Shown: positions 53,506-61,775 of the stretch, one piece after another
Position numbering within the stretch: position 1 is the first letter of the stretch
How the letters are laid out: each line of letters begins with the position of its first letter
Assembly (NCBI GenBank): GCA_027323885.1
Contig: DAHVZT010000118.1
Coordinates: 2,333 to 66,332, forward strand
Source of the DNA: Acidobacteriaceae bacterium
Lineage (GTDB): Bacteria > Acidobacteriota > Terriglobia > Terriglobales > Acidobacteriaceae
Direction: 5' to 3'
Length of the DNA stretch: 64,000 nt
Notes under the pieces: model-generated
Databases searched by the model: none
Seen by the model: the letters and a program-made list of their open reading frames with translations, nothing else
Told to the model about the DNA's origin: nothing
Made by a program: the position numbers and the translations under genes

Positions 53506-54575
53506 GTGAGTCCTTCCTGCTCTGGCCAGCCAAAAAGCAAATTCATGTTCTGCACTGCCTGGCCCGCAGCGCCCTTCAGCAGATTGTCCAGACACGACAC
53601 CACAATGAGACGCCGTCTGTCTGGAGCCAGCGCAAATCCCAGATCGCAATAATTCGTGCGCACTGAGTATTGGATGGCAGGCAGATTGGCGCCGAACCAT
53701 CGAACCATCGGCGAGCTGGAATAAAAGCGCCGGAAACAATCTTCAATTGCGCGTGGCTCTGCCGGTTCTCGCAGCGTCAGATAAATAGTGGACAGGATCC
53801 CGCGAGGGATGGGCAGCAGGTGCGGAGTGAAAATAATGTTGCTGTTGTCCAACCCAAGTTGCTCCAGCAATTCCCCCGTGTGGCGATGATTGAACGGGGA
53901 GTAAGCCGAGAGGTTATCCGCCGCATGCATGAAGTGCGTTTTGGCAGTCGGGGTCTTGCCCGCTCCGGAGACGCCGGACTTCGAATCGCAGGTGATGCCG
54001 CGATCCAGATCGACGCGATGGTCCGCAACCAGCGGCGCAAGCGCCAGAATGATTGAAGTCGCATAGCAGCCGGGATTTGCAACAACCTGCGCGGCGGCAA
54101 TCCGCTCCCGATGCAATTCTGGCAGGCCATAGACTGCCTGGTTCTGGATGGACGCGGCGGCTGAGGGATCCGCGTCGTCCAGACGGTACACCTCGCGATT
54201 CGCTGACTGTTTCAATCTCCACGCCCCGCTCAGATCGATGACTCGTATTCCGAGATCCAGCAGCCGCGGCACCCAGGCCCGCGACTGCTCATGGGGAGTC
54301 GCCAGAAAAATCAGGCGGACGTTTTTTTCGCGCAGCGCATCCCATTGGAAGGGCTCCACCCACTTCGATGTGGAACCGATGCTTCCGGCGAGCTGCGGGT
54401 GCAGCTCGGCCAAGGAAACACGACTGCCGATTTCCTCATGGGGACCAGCGGGCCGTCCAAAGAAAACAGGCGGGCAGCCGGCGAGCCGCGGATGATGCAG
54501 CAGCAGGCGTGCGAGTTCCGCTCCAGCGTAGCCGCTCACGCCGGCTACGGCTGTTTGATGGATCGGGTTCATCAT
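53502..54575 (-). CDS. argC: N-acetyl-gamma-glutamyl-phosphate reductase
   Basis: VAGVSGYAGAELARLL (NAD fold) and VANPGCYATSIILALAPL (catalytic Cys). There is an ATGA overlap with the argR stop. Confidence 0.93.
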   Translation of the reverse strand: MMNPIHQTAVAGVSGYAGAELARLLLHHPRLAGCPPVFFGRPAGPHEEIGSRVSLAELHPQLAGSIGSTSKWVEPFQWDALREKNVRLIFLATPHEQSRAWVPRLLDLGIRVIDLSGAWRLKQSANREVYRLDDADPSAAASIQNQAVYGLPELHRERIAAAQVVANPGCYATSIILALAPLVADHRVDLDRGITCDSKSGVSGAGKTPTAKTHFMHAADNLSAYSPFNHRHTGELLEQLGLDNSNIIFTPHLLPIPRGILSTIYLTLREPAEPRAIEDCFRRFYSSSPMVRWFGANLPAIQYSVRTNYCDLGFALAPDRRRLIVVSCLDNLLKGAAGQAVQNMNLLFGWPEQEGLT

Positions 54576-55012
54576 CCTTCCAGAAGGTTTTCCAACCGAT
54601 GACGCAAGCGGCTCGCATGTTTTTGATCCTGACAGATGATCAGGACCGTATCATCCCCGGCAATCGTGCCCAGGACCTCTGGGATGCGTTCGTGATCGAG
54701 TGCGGCGGCCACTGGCTGCGCACTTCCCGTAGTTGTTCGCAAAACCAGCTGATTCATTGCCTGCCGCACGGTGAGCCCAAAGTTCGCAAAGACGTCATCG
54801 AGCGAAGGCAGATCGTCGTCCGGAGATGCCCCATTCGGAAGAGCATATCCCTGGGGACCTTTGAACAGCCGCAGATCGTGGATGTCGCGCGAGAGGGTCG
54901 CCTGCGTCACATCGAAACCGCGGCATTGCAGCTTCTTTCGCAACTCATCCTGGCTGAACACCGGGCCGTCGCCCAGCACCATCCGAATCGCGTTATGACG
55001 TTCCGTTTTCAT
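54572..55012 (-). CDS. argR: Arginine repressor
   Basis: 146 aa. The winged-helix N-domain (SQDELRKKLQCRGFDVTQATLSRDIHDLRL) is followed by a C-terminal arginine-binding/oligomerisation block (LGTIAGDDTVLII). Confidence 0.9.
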   Translation of the reverse strand: MKTERHNAIRMVLGDGPVFSQDELRKKLQCRGFDVTQATLSRDIHDLRLFKGPQGYALPNGASPDDDLPSLDDVFANFGLTVRQAMNQLVLRTTTGSAQPVAAALDHERIPEVLGTIAGDDTVLIICQDQKHASRLRHRLENLLEG

Positions 55013-55043
55013 GGTGAGGCGCTTGCATTACCCGGGTAAAGAG

Positions 55044-55079
55044 ATGTATAACAATACATACAAATGTATAAATATACAC
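55044..55079. promoter_or_regulatory. Two tandem ARG-box-like palindromes (putative ArgR operator)
   Basis: Box 1 is ATGTATAACAATACAT (55044-55059), a perfect ATGTAT/ATACAT inverted repeat. Box 2 is ATGTATAAATATACAC (55064-55079), containing the perfect 14-mer TGTATAAATATACA. The box centres are 20 bp apart. The arms resemble the TGAAT-N4-ATTCA core of known ARG boxes. Confidence 0.6.
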
Positions 55080-55091
55080 CAACGTTGTCAA
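55063..55091 (-). promoter_or_regulatory. Putative sigma70-type promoter of the argR operon
   Basis: On the minus strand: TTGACA (55091-55086), a 17-nt spacer, then TACATT (55068-55063), about 50 nt upstream of the argR ATG. Box 2 covers the -10 element and spacer; box 1 covers the expected start site. Confidence 0.45.
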
Positions 55092-55228
55092 GTGGAAGTC
55101 TCGAATCCATGCTCGATCGAATTGAAGCGCACCAGCAAATCGCTGCCCCGGCGGGAAGCGCAGGTGGGAGGCCGGAAATGAAACAAAGTAAGTCCTCAAA
55201 TTTTCTTGAAGCCTCAAAGAATACCGCC

Positions 55229-58200
55229 ATGGGTCTTTACGACTCTCGTTATGAACACGACTCCTGCGGAACCGGATTTGTCGCCTCTCTGAGGGCGGAG
55301 CCAAGCCATCAGATCGTTCAGGACGCTTTGACTGCTCTCTCCCGCCTTGAGCATCGCGGCGCCGTAGCGGCGGATGGGAAGAGCAGCGATGGTGTGGGTA
55401 TTCTGACCGCCATTCCCCGTGCGTTTTTGTGCCATGCTGCAGGGCTGGAACTGACTGCGGACCAGCCGCTCGCGGTCGGAATGTTCTTTCTGCCGCCGAA
55501 GTCCGCGGACCAGGCAGCCGCGGAATTCGACCGTGCGGCCGCCTCGGAAGACCTCATCGTTCTGGCCTGGAGAAATGTGCCGCTGGACCGCAGTGTACTG
55601 GGCACGAGCGCGCTTGAAACACTGCCGGAAATCCGTCAGGTGCTGCTAACGCAAGAAGTCAACGCGGTTGCGGGTGACACGACGCGGGGCAGCCTGGAAC
55701 GGCGGCTGTATCTGGTGCGCAAGCAATTTGAACGCGCGGCGACGGGAGCCTACGTCTGCTCTCTTTCCTCAGAAACGATAGTCTACAAATCGCTTTGCGC
55801 CGGGCGCCTGCTCCCCGACTTTTATCCGGATTTGCGCGCTTCCGAATTCACGTCGCCCTTTGCGCTGTTCCATCAGCGCTATGCCACGAACGTGCTGCCT
55901 TCGTGGCACCTGGCGCAGCCGTTGCGGACCCTCGCGCATAACGGAGAGATCAACACCATTTGGGGAAACCGGGCCCGCATGGCGGCCCGTCTTTCTATGT
56001 TGCCGCAGGAATACTATCCAATCCTGTCGGAGAATGGTTCCGACTCGACAAGTCTGGACGAGACGGTTGAATTGCTGGCACGCACCGGACGCACTCTGGC
56101 CGAGGCGGTGCGCATGCTGGTGCCACCTGCGATGCAGCAGATGCAAACAGCGTTCCTGCGCTATCACGCGGACTGTACCGAGCCCTGGGATGGTCCGGCG
56201 GCGTTGACCTTCGCCGATGGCACCCTGGTTGGCGCCGCACTGGACCGCAATGGATTGCGGCCCTGCCGATACGCTGTGACGCGGCAGGGCTTGGTCGTCG
56301 CGGGTTCTGAAGCGGGTTTGGTCGATCTTGCGCCCGAAGACATTACGCAAAGCGGACGTGTTGGCCCCGGGCAAATGATCGTCGTCGATCTCAAGGCACA
56401 CCGGTTGTACACGGACTCCGAGCTGCACGTTCTGTTTGATCGCGCGGAGCACTATTCCGAGCTGCTCGAAAAATTCGTCTTGGAAGCCATTGAACCGCAG
56501 CCTGTGATGGCGGCGGACAAATTGCAGCAGTTGCAGCGCAGCTTCGGCTATACCCGCGAGGACACGAAAATCGTATTACAGTCCATGGCCCAGGAAGGCA
56601 AGGACGCCATCTGGTCCATGGGCGACGACACACCGATTGCGCCTTTGGCCAGCACACCTCGACCCCTCTATGCCTACTTTCGGCAGCGTTTTGCGCAGGT
56701 GACCAATCCGCCGATCGATCCGCTGCGGGAATCCTGCGTTTTTTCCTTGCGGACTCGTCTTGGCCCCTGGCCCGATCTTCTGAATCGTCATGCCCGGCTC
56801 CCTGGGCTTTCGCTCACCTCGCCGTTTCTCTCTCTGGGGCAGATGGAGGCGCTGCGTCAGCGTCAGCACCCGTTGCGGGATCGCCTGCCGCTGGCGACTG
56901 TGGAATGCAAGTTTCCGGCCGACGGTTCGCTGCGTGACGCGATCGCTTCCATCTGCCTGGAAGCGCAGCATCTCATCGAAGGCGGCGCGCGGATTTTGTT
57001 GCTGACAGACAGAATCGCAGAAGGAGACGGGCTGCCCATTCCTATGGCAATGGCTGTTGGGTCCGTGCATCATGCCCTGGTGCGCGCCGGGCTGCGAACT
57101 CGCGCCGGGCTTGCTGTGGAAGCCGGAGATTGTCGCGATCTGCACCACGCCGCCGTGCTGATTGGCTTTGGCGCGGGCGCGGTTTGCCCCTGGCTGGCGC
57201 TGGAAACCGCGCGGCAGGGGAACCCGGAGCAGGGCGAGGCGCAGATGCTGCATGCGTTTGAAGCAGGTCTGGCGAAGGTGATGTCGAAGATGGGCATTTC
57301 CGTGCTCGACAGCTATCGTGGCGCGCAGCTGTTTGACGCGTTGGGACTGGACCGGGAAGTGATCGACACCTGCTTCCCCGGCACAGGATCGCCGCTGTCC
57401 GGCATCGGCTTCGCAGGGATTGAAAGCATGGTGCGTGCTGTCTCAGCGGGCAGTCCAGAGAACGTTCCGCCCACCGATCTTCCCGATCCGGGTTGGGTGC
57501 GCTATCGAAAAGATGCCGAATCGCACGCCTGGCAGCCGCCTACCGTGAAAGCACTGCAGATTTTTACAGGGTCGTCTCGCGGCGCGGCTGTCGCCACGGC
57601 AGAGTCTGCAGCCGCATGGTCAGTTTTCACCCATGAGGTTCGAGATCGCCGTTCGCTGGCTTTACGCGATCTACTGGAAATTCGGGCTGCCGCGCCGGCG
57701 CTTGCGCCCTCCCAGGTCGAATCGCCTTCGCAGTTGAGCACGCGTTTCATTGCGAGCGCAATGTCGCTCGGCTCCCTCAGTCCGGAGGCGCACCAGACGA
57801 TAACGCTCGGCATGAACAGCATGGGCGCGCGATCAAACTCCGGTGAGGGTGGCGAGGATCCCGAGACGTATGCGGCACCCGCGCCCGGTGCACCGGCAGT
57901 GCGGCGCGACAACAAGATCAAACAGGTCGCCTCCGGCCGCTTCGGTGTGACGGCTGAATATCTGGCGCACGCGGACGAGCTTGAAATCAAAGTGGCGCAG
58001 GGCTCCAAGCCGGGCGAAGGCGGCCAGCTCCCGAGCCACAAAGTGACGGCGCTGATCGCGCGCCTGCGACATGCCCAGCCGGGAGTGGCGCTGATCTCGC
58101 CGCCTCCGCACCACGACATTTACAGCATTGAAGATCTCGCCCAGCTTATTTATGACCTGAAGCGGGTAAATCCCCGCGCTCGCGTCGGAGTCAAGCTGGT

Positions 58201-59590
58201 CTCGGAACTCGGCGTAGGAACGGTCGCCGCTGGTGTGGCGAAGGCGTATGCGGACTACGTCACCATAGCGGGGCACGCGGGAGGCACCGGAGCATCGCCG
58301 CTCTCCAGCATCAAGCACACCGGCAATCCTTGGGAGCTTGGCCTGGCCGAAACACAACAGGTGCTGATGCGGAATGGTCTGCGTGGGCGCATCCGGGTGC
58401 GCGTGGACGGCGGCCTGTGTACGGCCCGCGACGTTTTGATCGCGGCGCTGCTAGGCGCGGAAGAGTATGCGTTTGGCACGTCAGTGCTTGTCGCGCTGGG
58501 CTGTGATATGGCTCGGCAGTGCCATCTGAATACGTGCCCGGCGGGGATTGCCACCCAGAAGCCGGAGCTGCGCGCGAAATTTCGCGGCAAGCCGGAACAC
58601 GTCGTCAGGTTTTTTGAGCAGATCGCCCTGGAGCTGCAGGGCCTGCTGGCCGAATTCGGTCTGCCTTCACTCGATGCGGCGATTGGGCGCGTGGATCTGC
58701 TGGAGCAAGTGCGCGACAACGGGAATCTGGATCTCTCGCCGCTGCTGGTGCGCGCGTCAGGCGGCCCGCTGTGCTGCGTCGCCAAGCGCAATGACCGTCC
58801 GGAAGACCACGCCCCGCTGGACGAAACCTGGGTGCAGCCGGCGATCAATGCGTTCAAGCAGGGAACTACCTTCACCGGGGTCACCGCAATCCATAATGGG
58901 GACCGCTCCTTCGGCGCTCGCATCGCCGGAGAGCTGGCGCTGCTCGGCCAGACCAAAGCAGCACCGGGTGGCGCGGTCCACCTGCACTGCAGCGGCACGG
59001 CCGGCCAGTCCTTTGGCGCATTTGCCGTTACGGGAATGCATCTGCTGCTCGATGGGCAGGCGAACGACTTTGTGGGCAAGGGGCTTTCCGGTGGGGAACT
59101 GGTCCTTTGTTCGACAGGGCAGGCGTCGCGAGACAGTGCACATCATATTCTTCTGGGCAATGTGGCGCTTTACGGCGCAACCGCAGGCAGCTTGTTTGCC
59201 TCCGGCGGCGCGGGTGAACGGTTCGCCGTTCGAAACTCCGGGGCGACCGCCGTTGTGGAAGGGATCGGCGATCATGGCTGCGAGTATATGACCGGCGGAG
59301 TTGTGGTCGTCCTGGGCGCGGCGGGAACCAACTTCGGCGCTGGCATGACCGGCGGCGCAGCCTTCGTTCTGGATGAGGATGGCAGCTTTTTAACGCGAGG
59401 GAATTATCACCCGAGTTTTCTGAAGCCGTGTCCCTACTCCCAGATGACGGAAGAGATGCAGCGGCAGCTGCATGGGCTCGTATCCACCCATCACGAGAAG
59501 ACCGGGAGTCTGAAAGCCGAAAGGCTTCTGGCCGACTGGCCCGCGATGGCGCAAAAATTCGTCTACATGGAGCCGCTGCCGCAGGCGTGA
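55229..59590 (+). CDS. gltB: Glutamate synthase large subunit
   Basis: The internal ATG 55229 gives MGLYDSRYEHDSCGTGFVA, with the Ntn-amidotransferase Cys. The central FMN/Fe-S domain has GEGGEDP and SPPPHHDIYSIEDL. The C-terminus is a GXGXG beta-helix (GDHGCEYMTGG). The longest ORF starts inside ARG box 2 and is unlikely to be used. Confidence 0.93.
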   Translation: MGLYDSRYEHDSCGTGFVASLRAEPSHQIVQDALTALSRLEHRGAVAADGKSSDGVGILTAIPRAFLCHAAGLELTADQPLAVGMFFLPPKSADQAAAEFDRAAASEDLIVLAWRNVPLDRSVLGTSALETLPEIRQVLLTQEVNAVAGDTTRGSLERRLYLVRKQFERAATGAYVCSLSSETIVYKSLCAGRLLPDFYPDLRASEFTSPFALFHQRYATNVLPSWHLAQPLRTLAHNGEINTIWGNRARMAARLSMLPQEYYPILSENGSDSTSLDETVELLARTGRTLAEAVRMLVPPAMQQMQTAFLRYHADCTEPWDGPAALTFADGTLVGAALDRNGLRPCRYAVTRQGLVVAGSEAGLVDLAPEDITQSGRVGPGQMIVVDLKAHRLYTDSELHVLFDRAEHYSELLEKFVLEAIEPQPVMAADKLQQLQRSFGYTREDTKIVLQSMAQEGKDAIWSMGDDTPIAPLASTPRPLYAYFRQRFAQVTNPPIDPLRESCVFSLRTRLGPWPDLLNRHARLPGLSLTSPFLSLGQMEALRQRQHPLRDRLPLATVECKFPADGSLRDAIASICLEAQHLIEGGARILLLTDRIAEGDGLPIPMAMAVGSVHHALVRAGLRTRAGLAVEAGDCRDLHHAAVLIGFGAGAVCPWLALETARQGNPEQGEAQMLHAFEAGLAKVMSKMGISVLDSYRGAQLFDALGLDREVIDTCFPGTGSPLSGIGFAGIESMVRAVSAGSPENVPPTDLPDPGWVRYRKDAESHAWQPPTVKALQIFTGSSRGAAVATAESAAAWSVFTHEVRDRRSLALRDLLEIRAAAPALAPSQVESPSQLSTRFIASAMSLGSLSPEAHQTITLGMNSMGARSNSGEGGEDPETYAAPAPGAPAVRRDNKIKQVASGRFGVTAEYLAHADELEIKVAQGSKPGEGGQLPSHKVTALIARLRHAQPGVALISPPPHHDIYSIEDLAQLIYDLKRVNPRARVGVKLVSELGVGTVAAGVAKAYADYVTIAGHAGGTGASPLSSIKHTGNPWELGLAETQQVLMRNGLRGRIRVRVDGGLCTARDVLIAALLGAEEYAFGTSVLVALGCDMARQCHLNTCPAGIATQKPELRAKFRGKPEHVVRFFEQIALELQGLLAEFGLPSLDAAIGRVDLLEQVRDNGNLDLSPLLVRASGGPLCCVAKRNDRPEDHAPLDETWVQPAINAFKQGTTFTGVTAIHNGDRSFGARIAGELALLGQTKAAPGGAVHLHCSGTAGQSFGAFAVTGMHLLLDGQANDFVGKGLSGGELVLCSTGQASRDSAHHILLGNVALYGATAGSLFASGGAGERFAVRNSGATAVVEGIGDHGCEYMTGGVVVVLGAAGTNFGAGMTGGAAFVLDEDGSFLTRGNYHPSFLKPCPYSQMTEEMQRQLHGLVSTHHEKTGSLKAERLLADWPAMAQKFVYMEPLPQA

Positions 59591-59704
59591 GTTTGACGGG
59601 CGAACCGCTCCGTCAATAAGCGTTATCAAAGCAGAGGAAATGTTCGATGAACCGGATTGCCGAGAGCGGCAGCGGATGGAGTGACTTCCATTTGGTAGTA
59701 CGTC

Positions 59705-61162
59705 TTAGTCTTGCGTTCCCGGTTGGTGGGTCGGTCCCATAAGAGCCTGGCCTGGGAATACATTGGGCACAATCCTGCCTTGATCGACCAGCAGGGTGCC
59801 CCCTACCAGCAGATAGCGCACACCCACACTCGGCTCCATAGGTTTCTGAAATGTTGCGCGATCGTGGATCGTCGCCGGATCAAACACTACGATGTCCGCG
59901 TCGGCTCCCTCCTGCAATCTGCCTTTCTGCCGTGCCGCCGGGGTTGAACGCTCAAGCATCTCGGCTGGCATCAGACTCATCTTTCGCAGCGCATCCATGA
60001 GGGTGATCGTCTTTTTTTCACGTACATATTGGGCCAGGACGCGTGAATAGGTTCCAGCGTTTCTGGGGTGTCCTACCAGTCCGTCGCTGGCGATCATCAC
60101 CAACGGATTTGGAATCACTTGATCAAGCACCTCCTGCTTGCTGCTGAAGATCACGACAAACTGCGTTGCGCTGGAGGCATGCAATGCATCGAATCGTTCC
60201 TTGTTGAGACGCTCTCCGGTCTCTGGGATCATGAGGTCACCGTAGCCGATGTTCATCCGCTTCTGCCAGCCTGGGCTGAAAATCGCTGAATTGATCGTGG
60301 TCATCCCGGCGATGTAGGGGTATGCCTCGGTAGTCACGTCAAGGCCGCGGGCTCGCGCTCCTTCGACCATTGAGAGGCACTCCACTGCATCGGCTGCGCA
60401 GGTGCTGTTTATGTGCACGATATGCAGCGAAGCGCCGGTTATGGCAGCCGCTCCGATCACCTCATTGACAGACTCGATGGCAGAACCCGGTTCGGTTTGG
60501 CCGCTGCTGCGCACATGGGTATAGACTGGCACCTTCCGCTGTGCGGCAAGGCGGAAGTCATCGAGCACCTCCAATCTTGTCGCTCCCGGTGTGTACCCGA
60601 GACCCATGCCGATGGCCAGGCCGCCAGCGTCAAGTTCGTGGTTTAGTCGCTTTCGAATACGCTGGAGCTGTTCTGGCGTGGCCGCCTCATTGGTTGCTGG
60701 TCCAATCTTTGGCAGAATTGCACCCGCTGGCAGCGGCGTTCCGAACGCGAGAGCTCGCGCGGCAACCTGGCTGGCCGAAGTTCCGTAATTGATCAGCGAG
60801 CGACCTTCCTTCGCCCTCAAAAATTGCGCGACATCCGGCGCTCCGATCTCCATCTCAAGCGCACTGGTCACCCCATCCAGGGCCTTTACCCGCTGAGTCG
60901 CGAGGTCCTGGGCGTGCTGATGCAGGTCAATAAATCCAGGGGCGACTACCAGCCCACCGGCGTAGATGATTTGGCGACCTGTCAACTTCATCCGCGATAT
61001 ACGCGCAATCTTTCCCGCGTTGATGCCGACATTGCGCACGGCATCCAGACCGGTTTCAGGATCCATGACGCGTCCGCCTTGCAGCACGATGTCGTAGTGC
61101 TGCGCGTATGCCATGGGGATTGAAAGCGCGGAAAAAAGCAGAAACAAAATCAGCTTGCGCAT
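59705..61162 (-). CDS. Secreted amidohydrolase, N-acyl-D-amino-acid deacylase (D-aminoacylase)-like
   Basis: Signal peptide: MRKLILFLLFSALSIPMAYAQ. Metal-binding GFIDLHQHAQD and YDIVLQGGRVMDP are typical of the family. Confidence 0.8.
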   Translation of the reverse strand: MRKLILFLLFSALSIPMAYAQHYDIVLQGGRVMDPETGLDAVRNVGINAGKIARISRMKLTGRQIIYAGGLVVAPGFIDLHQHAQDLATQRVKALDGVTSALEMEIGAPDVAQFLRAKEGRSLINYGTSASQVAARALAFGTPLPAGAILPKIGPATNEAATPEQLQRIRKRLNHELDAGGLAIGMGLGYTPGATRLEVLDDFRLAAQRKVPVYTHVRSSGQTEPGSAIESVNEVIGAAAITGASLHIVHINSTCAADAVECLSMVEGARARGLDVTTEAYPYIAGMTTINSAIFSPGWQKRMNIGYGDLMIPETGERLNKERFDALHASSATQFVVIFSSKQEVLDQVIPNPLVMIASDGLVGHPRNAGTYSRVLAQYVREKKTITLMDALRKMSLMPAEMLERSTPAARQKGRLQEGADADIVVFDPATIHDRATFQKPMEPSVGVRYLLVGGTLLVDQGRIVPNVFPGQALMGPTHQPGTQD

Positions 61163-61329
61163 GCTACCGCCATTTAGCGAGCAATGATATCAAAATGGGA
61201 TGGTTTCGATAGTTCCCGCCGGTTTGATGCCCCATGATACGGACGGGGACGAGACAAAAAAGAACAAAGGCAGGAAGTTCCGTTCATTCATTCCCGCATT
61301 GGAATGCCCGGTATTATCATAAGTAAAGA

Positions 61330-61743
61330 ATGAGCGCCAACAACAATCGGATGACCAGGGCATTGCGCTGGCGCCTGCTCACATGGCCGGCGGCTTTCTT
61401 GCTGCTGCTCGTGCCTTGGATGCATGCCAAAGAAGCGGCAGGGAAGAATGTCCATCTCCACGGCACATTGATCGACATGACCTGCTGGAAGGATCGTTCC
61501 GGGGACACTCCCACGCTGCTGCGGGAGCACACCAAGCGCTGCCTGCAGATGCCGGACTGTATCGCCAGCGGCTATGCCGTCGTCACTCCGGATGGGCAGG
61601 TCTATAAGATGGATGCGGCCAGCAACGACAGTATTACCAAATGGATTGCGGCAACCCAGAAGGACGCAAACTGGCGTGTCGACGTGAAGGGCCGCCTGGA
61701 AAACGGTCTGCTGGATGTGAAGAAAATTCAACTGCAAAAATAA
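61330..61743 (+). CDS. Small secreted protein with four Cys, function unknown
   Basis: 137 aa with a signal-like region (LLTWPAAFLLLLVPWMHA). Cys residues occur in DMTCW, KRCLQMPDC. No family recognised. It lies 32 nt upstream of pfk. Confidence 0.5.
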   Translation: MSANNNRMTRALRWRLLTWPAAFLLLLVPWMHAKEAAGKNVHLHGTLIDMTCWKDRSGDTPTLLREHTKRCLQMPDCIASGYAVVTPDGQVYKMDAASNDSITKWIAATQKDANWRVDVKGRLENGLLDVKKIQLQK

Positions 61744-61775
61744 ACAGAAAGAAAATTCAAGGAGACAGGAAAAGC

